Positions 53,101 to 54,215 of a stretch of DNA of 54,215 nucleotides are shown here, piece by piece. Source of the DNA: Defluviitaleaceae bacterium (GTDB lineage: Bacteria; Bacillota; Clostridia; Lachnospirales; WRAX01); contig WQZZ01000002.1 in NCBI GenBank assembly GCA_009780485.1, positions 1 to 54,215 on the forward strand, written 5' to 3'. A program made the translations under genes and the position numbers. The notes under the pieces are model-generated. The model had not been told where the DNA came from. It searched no databases and worked only from the letters and a program-made list of their open reading frames with translations. Numbering within the stretch: position 1 is the first letter of the stretch; each line of letters begins with the position of its first letter.

Positions 53101-53437
53101 AATCCAAAGCCTCCCGAAGCTCCAACGCTGCCGAATCCATATTGGTAGCCCCTGTAAACTCCAGCAAAATTATGGAAACGTGTTCATTAGAAATAGACTG
53201 CACATTAGCAATCCCACTAAGCGTAGACAAGCGCCCCTCTAACGGTATCGACACATCCCTTTCCACCTGCTCTGGCGTTGCCCCTATATATGTAGTAAAA
53301 ACCGCCGCAAAAGGCAAGTCCATAGACGGCAACAAGTCCGTTGACGTACCCATAAAGGACACAACCCCCAAAACAATTACCAGCACAACCCCCACCAAAA
53401 CCGTAAAGGGCTTGCGTACACTAAACTTTTCTATCAT
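50126..53437 (-). CDS. RND-superfamily efflux transporter permease (AcrB/AcrD/AcrF family)
   Basis: About 1100 aa with the 12-TM/two-large-loop architecture. N-terminus MIEKFSVRKPFTVLVGVVLVIVLG. ATG 53437 follows GGAGGA. Confidence 0.9.
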   Translation of the reverse strand: MIEKFSVRKPFTVLVGVVLVIVLGVVSFMGTSTDLLPSMDLPFAAVFTTYIGATPEQVERDVSIPLEGRLSTLSGIANVQSISNEHVSIILLEFTGATNMDSAALELREALDSITLPEGTARPMTMRMNPDMMPIMTANVHMEGLEIAELSAFASDVVAPAIEGVPGVAVVNLSGLVQNQLHVVVRDEYVQAVNAQLAQAGQAMLDAMMGQMESMVVAHMNELMLEGVPMDVALEQATIEVTEMLGGMGIDAVNGEMPEIGIPAGMISVDAISGILFAQNFSMPAGLLVDGAAEYMVRVGDRFETLDEIKNMLIFDPSLMGLAGVEPIRLSDVAHVFETDDSHLTFTQVNGYDSVMFTLQAQSGFVTADVTSDVRDRMDALSVEHDGLVFTILMDQGEMIDVVVSSVLDNLLIGGILAIVVLFIFLRDVRPTLVVAISIPVSIMLAFTAMYFSGITLNMISMGGLALTVGMLVDNSIVVIENIYRMKADGKSAARAAVYGTKQVAGAIAAATLTTTAMFLPIVFTSGITRQIFGDLGLTIAYSLLASLIVAMTVVPAAASTMLRGVKKHTGGKFHEKMLDVYEKSLRWSLRFKWPVLLASIAAFALATWGILQQGMELFPDMDMPQVHVSAEMPEDATFEDAVEVARVFSALVLAMADVETVGVTVGGGGGFMAAMGGGGMFGGAVSTTINMDLLMSEDRTTTQWDMAAEIREIGESLGLEVQVEGADGGMGMMMGNAISLQVIGTELDDIRDTAIALAELVNSVEGTTNVTDFAEDANLELRIVVDRDAAMARGLTIAQVFMEAMNNLSPNEQTMNMTLSGRNYEIVITDGDFIEPTRADIENMQIATPAGYVALSEIATVHEDLGFTSISRINRSRFVTVSGGLEDGFNVALVNAEIEALLEEFVPAGDARIEVGGEMEMINDAMNDLILMIALGLLLTYLIMVAQFQSLMAPFVIMFTIPLAFTGGFVTLMLAGMPLSIVAMIGLILLSGVAINNGIVLVSRITQDRWEGMTKTEAIVDAGRKRLRPILMTAISTIFAMSVLAIGIGEGTEMMQPMAVATIGGLFYATITTLFVVPILYDMFHKNKDITKEDLDAPEEIV

Positions 53438-53897
53438 TTTTATCCTCCAATTTTTCGTTTGACATTTGGCTAAAAACATCCGCAAAGCGGGTAAACAAGC
53501 GGACGGCTCCCTTTGCGTCCTCGTCCCCCAGTCTTTGAATAAATTCTGTTAAAGTATTATCAAATTCCCGCTCTGCCTGTTGCAAAACTGCCTGACCTTC
53601 ATCGGTCAGCACAATCGTAGTTTTTCGGCGGTTGCTTTTTTTAACTTCACGGGACAGATAACCCTTTTTCTCCAAATGGTTTGCCATTTGGGAAATTGCC
53701 GCCTTGGACACATGAAGCCTTTCCTGCAAATCTACCATATAAACATTACATTCGCTGTCAGCACTGTTGCAAGCAATGCACCGCATAAGCTTTAAGGATG
53801 TTATGTCCATGTCTAAATTTGAAAAAACCACAGTCCACTTAATGCGTTGCATACGATGAAACACCTGCACCAACTGCTCTTTTAACCGAGCCTCCAT
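53421..53897 (-). CDS. MarR-family transcriptional regulator
   Basis: LQERLHVSKAAISQMANHLEKKGYLSREVKKSNRRKTTIVLTDEG is a MarR wHTH. The stop overlaps the RND start. Confidence 0.85.
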   Translation of the reverse strand: MEARLKEQLVQVFHRMQRIKWTVVFSNLDMDITSLKLMRCIACNSADSECNVYMVDLQERLHVSKAAISQMANHLEKKGYLSREVKKSNRRKTTIVLTDEGQAVLQQAEREFDNTLTEFIQRLGDEDAKGAVRLFTRFADVFSQMSNEKLEDKNDRKV

Positions 53898-53998
53898 TTT
53901 ATCCTCCTTCTTAGTTAATCAGCAAACAGTAAACCGCTTTACAGTATACATCAAAACATTTCGTCTGTCAACTATATTTTTTGTAAGGCAAAAAGTGC

Positions 53999-54027
53999 TT
54001 GACAAGGGCTAATATTTGTTGTATAAT
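53999..54027 (+). promoter_or_regulatory. consensus promoter driving a structured leader
   Basis: TTGACA (53999-54004), 17 nt, TATAAT (54022-54027). Confidence 0.6.
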
Positions 54028-54037
54028 GTCGCCATGT

Positions 54038-54196
54038 GCTGGTTTTTCTGCAAAGAAAATACGCAAGACAGGCATTAGAATTGAACACCCTAACCTGTCT
54101 TGCGTACCCAACCAGCCATAATAAATGACCTAGGTGCATTATACACCATCTAGGTCTGGTTTGCAACACCAAATTCCAACCTAGGAGGTGAACTAA
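54038..54196 (+). promoter_or_regulatory. ~160-nt structured 5' leader (riboswitch-like or attenuator), class not recognised
   Basis: Nested helices GCTGGTT (54038-54044)/AACCAGC (54110-54116) and TACGCAAGACAGG (54060-54072)/CCTGTCTTGCGTA (54094-54106). CACCATCTAGGT (54145-54156) can pair with the SD region AACCTAGGAGGTG (54178-54190). Confidence 0.45.
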
Positions 54197-54215
54197 ATGG
54201 AAAACCAGTACACAA
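54197..54215 (+). CDS. 5' end of an unidentified gene (partial)
   Basis: AGGAGGTG RBS, ATG 54197, MENQYT... Confidence 0.4.

Noticed and set aside
1-54215. CRISPR arrays, rRNA genes, intact IS elements or a prophage
   Set aside because: No regularly spaced repeat array, no rRNA-like sequence, no full transposase and no capsid/terminase/tail genes were seen. The dnaN/dnaB pieces are isolated fragments.

Overview
Firmicutes (Clostridia-like) chromosomal segment in four parts. (1) 1-4.8 kb: the 3' end of a sortase-anchored surface protein gene, a ~170-nt palindromic element, decayed mobile-DNA remnants (IS3 transposase tail, dnaN and dnaB fragments) beside tRNA-Arg(ACG), then a LytTR/DUF3021 pair, a TraX-family gene and a VOC/PhnB-like gene. 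(2) 4.9-14.0 kb: a cell-wall glycopolymer locus with three GT2 glycosyltransferases, a pyruvyl transferase, UDP-glucose dehydrogenase plus a UDP-glucuronate-decarboxylase-like enzyme, glucose-1-P and glycerol-3-P cytidylyltransferases and a TagF-like protein. (3) 14.43-47.55 kb: a ~33-kb integrative conjugative element (ICE). It carries a Gram-positive T4SS (VirD4, VirB4/CD1110-like, PrgI, CD1112-like, Maff2, DUF4315, DUF4366, M23 hydrolase), MobC and a relaxase, SSB, a SpoVG-primase fusion, a Rep-like protein and a large serine recombinase. From the sequence I infer insertion into the last 6 nt of ssrA (tmRNA): both junctions share TGGAGG and a symmetric 52-bp attP can be rebuilt. Unusual cargo inside the transfer operon: a 1597-aa B-repeat adhesin with an NPQTD sorting signal and a uORF/hairpin leader, an orphan N-terminally extended MazF-like toxin, a membrane-anchored HNH nuclease divergent from a ParB/Srx-like gene, a HigBA-like pair, a J-domain protein and an XRE/lipoprotein/membrane-protein trio. 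(4) 47.55-54.2 kb: ssrA, a BlaI/BlaR1-like pair with a non-PBP sensor domain, a MarR-RND efflux pair and a structured leader before a truncated gene. No CRISPR array, rRNA or intact IS was seen. All family calls come from motifs read by eye and need database confirmation.
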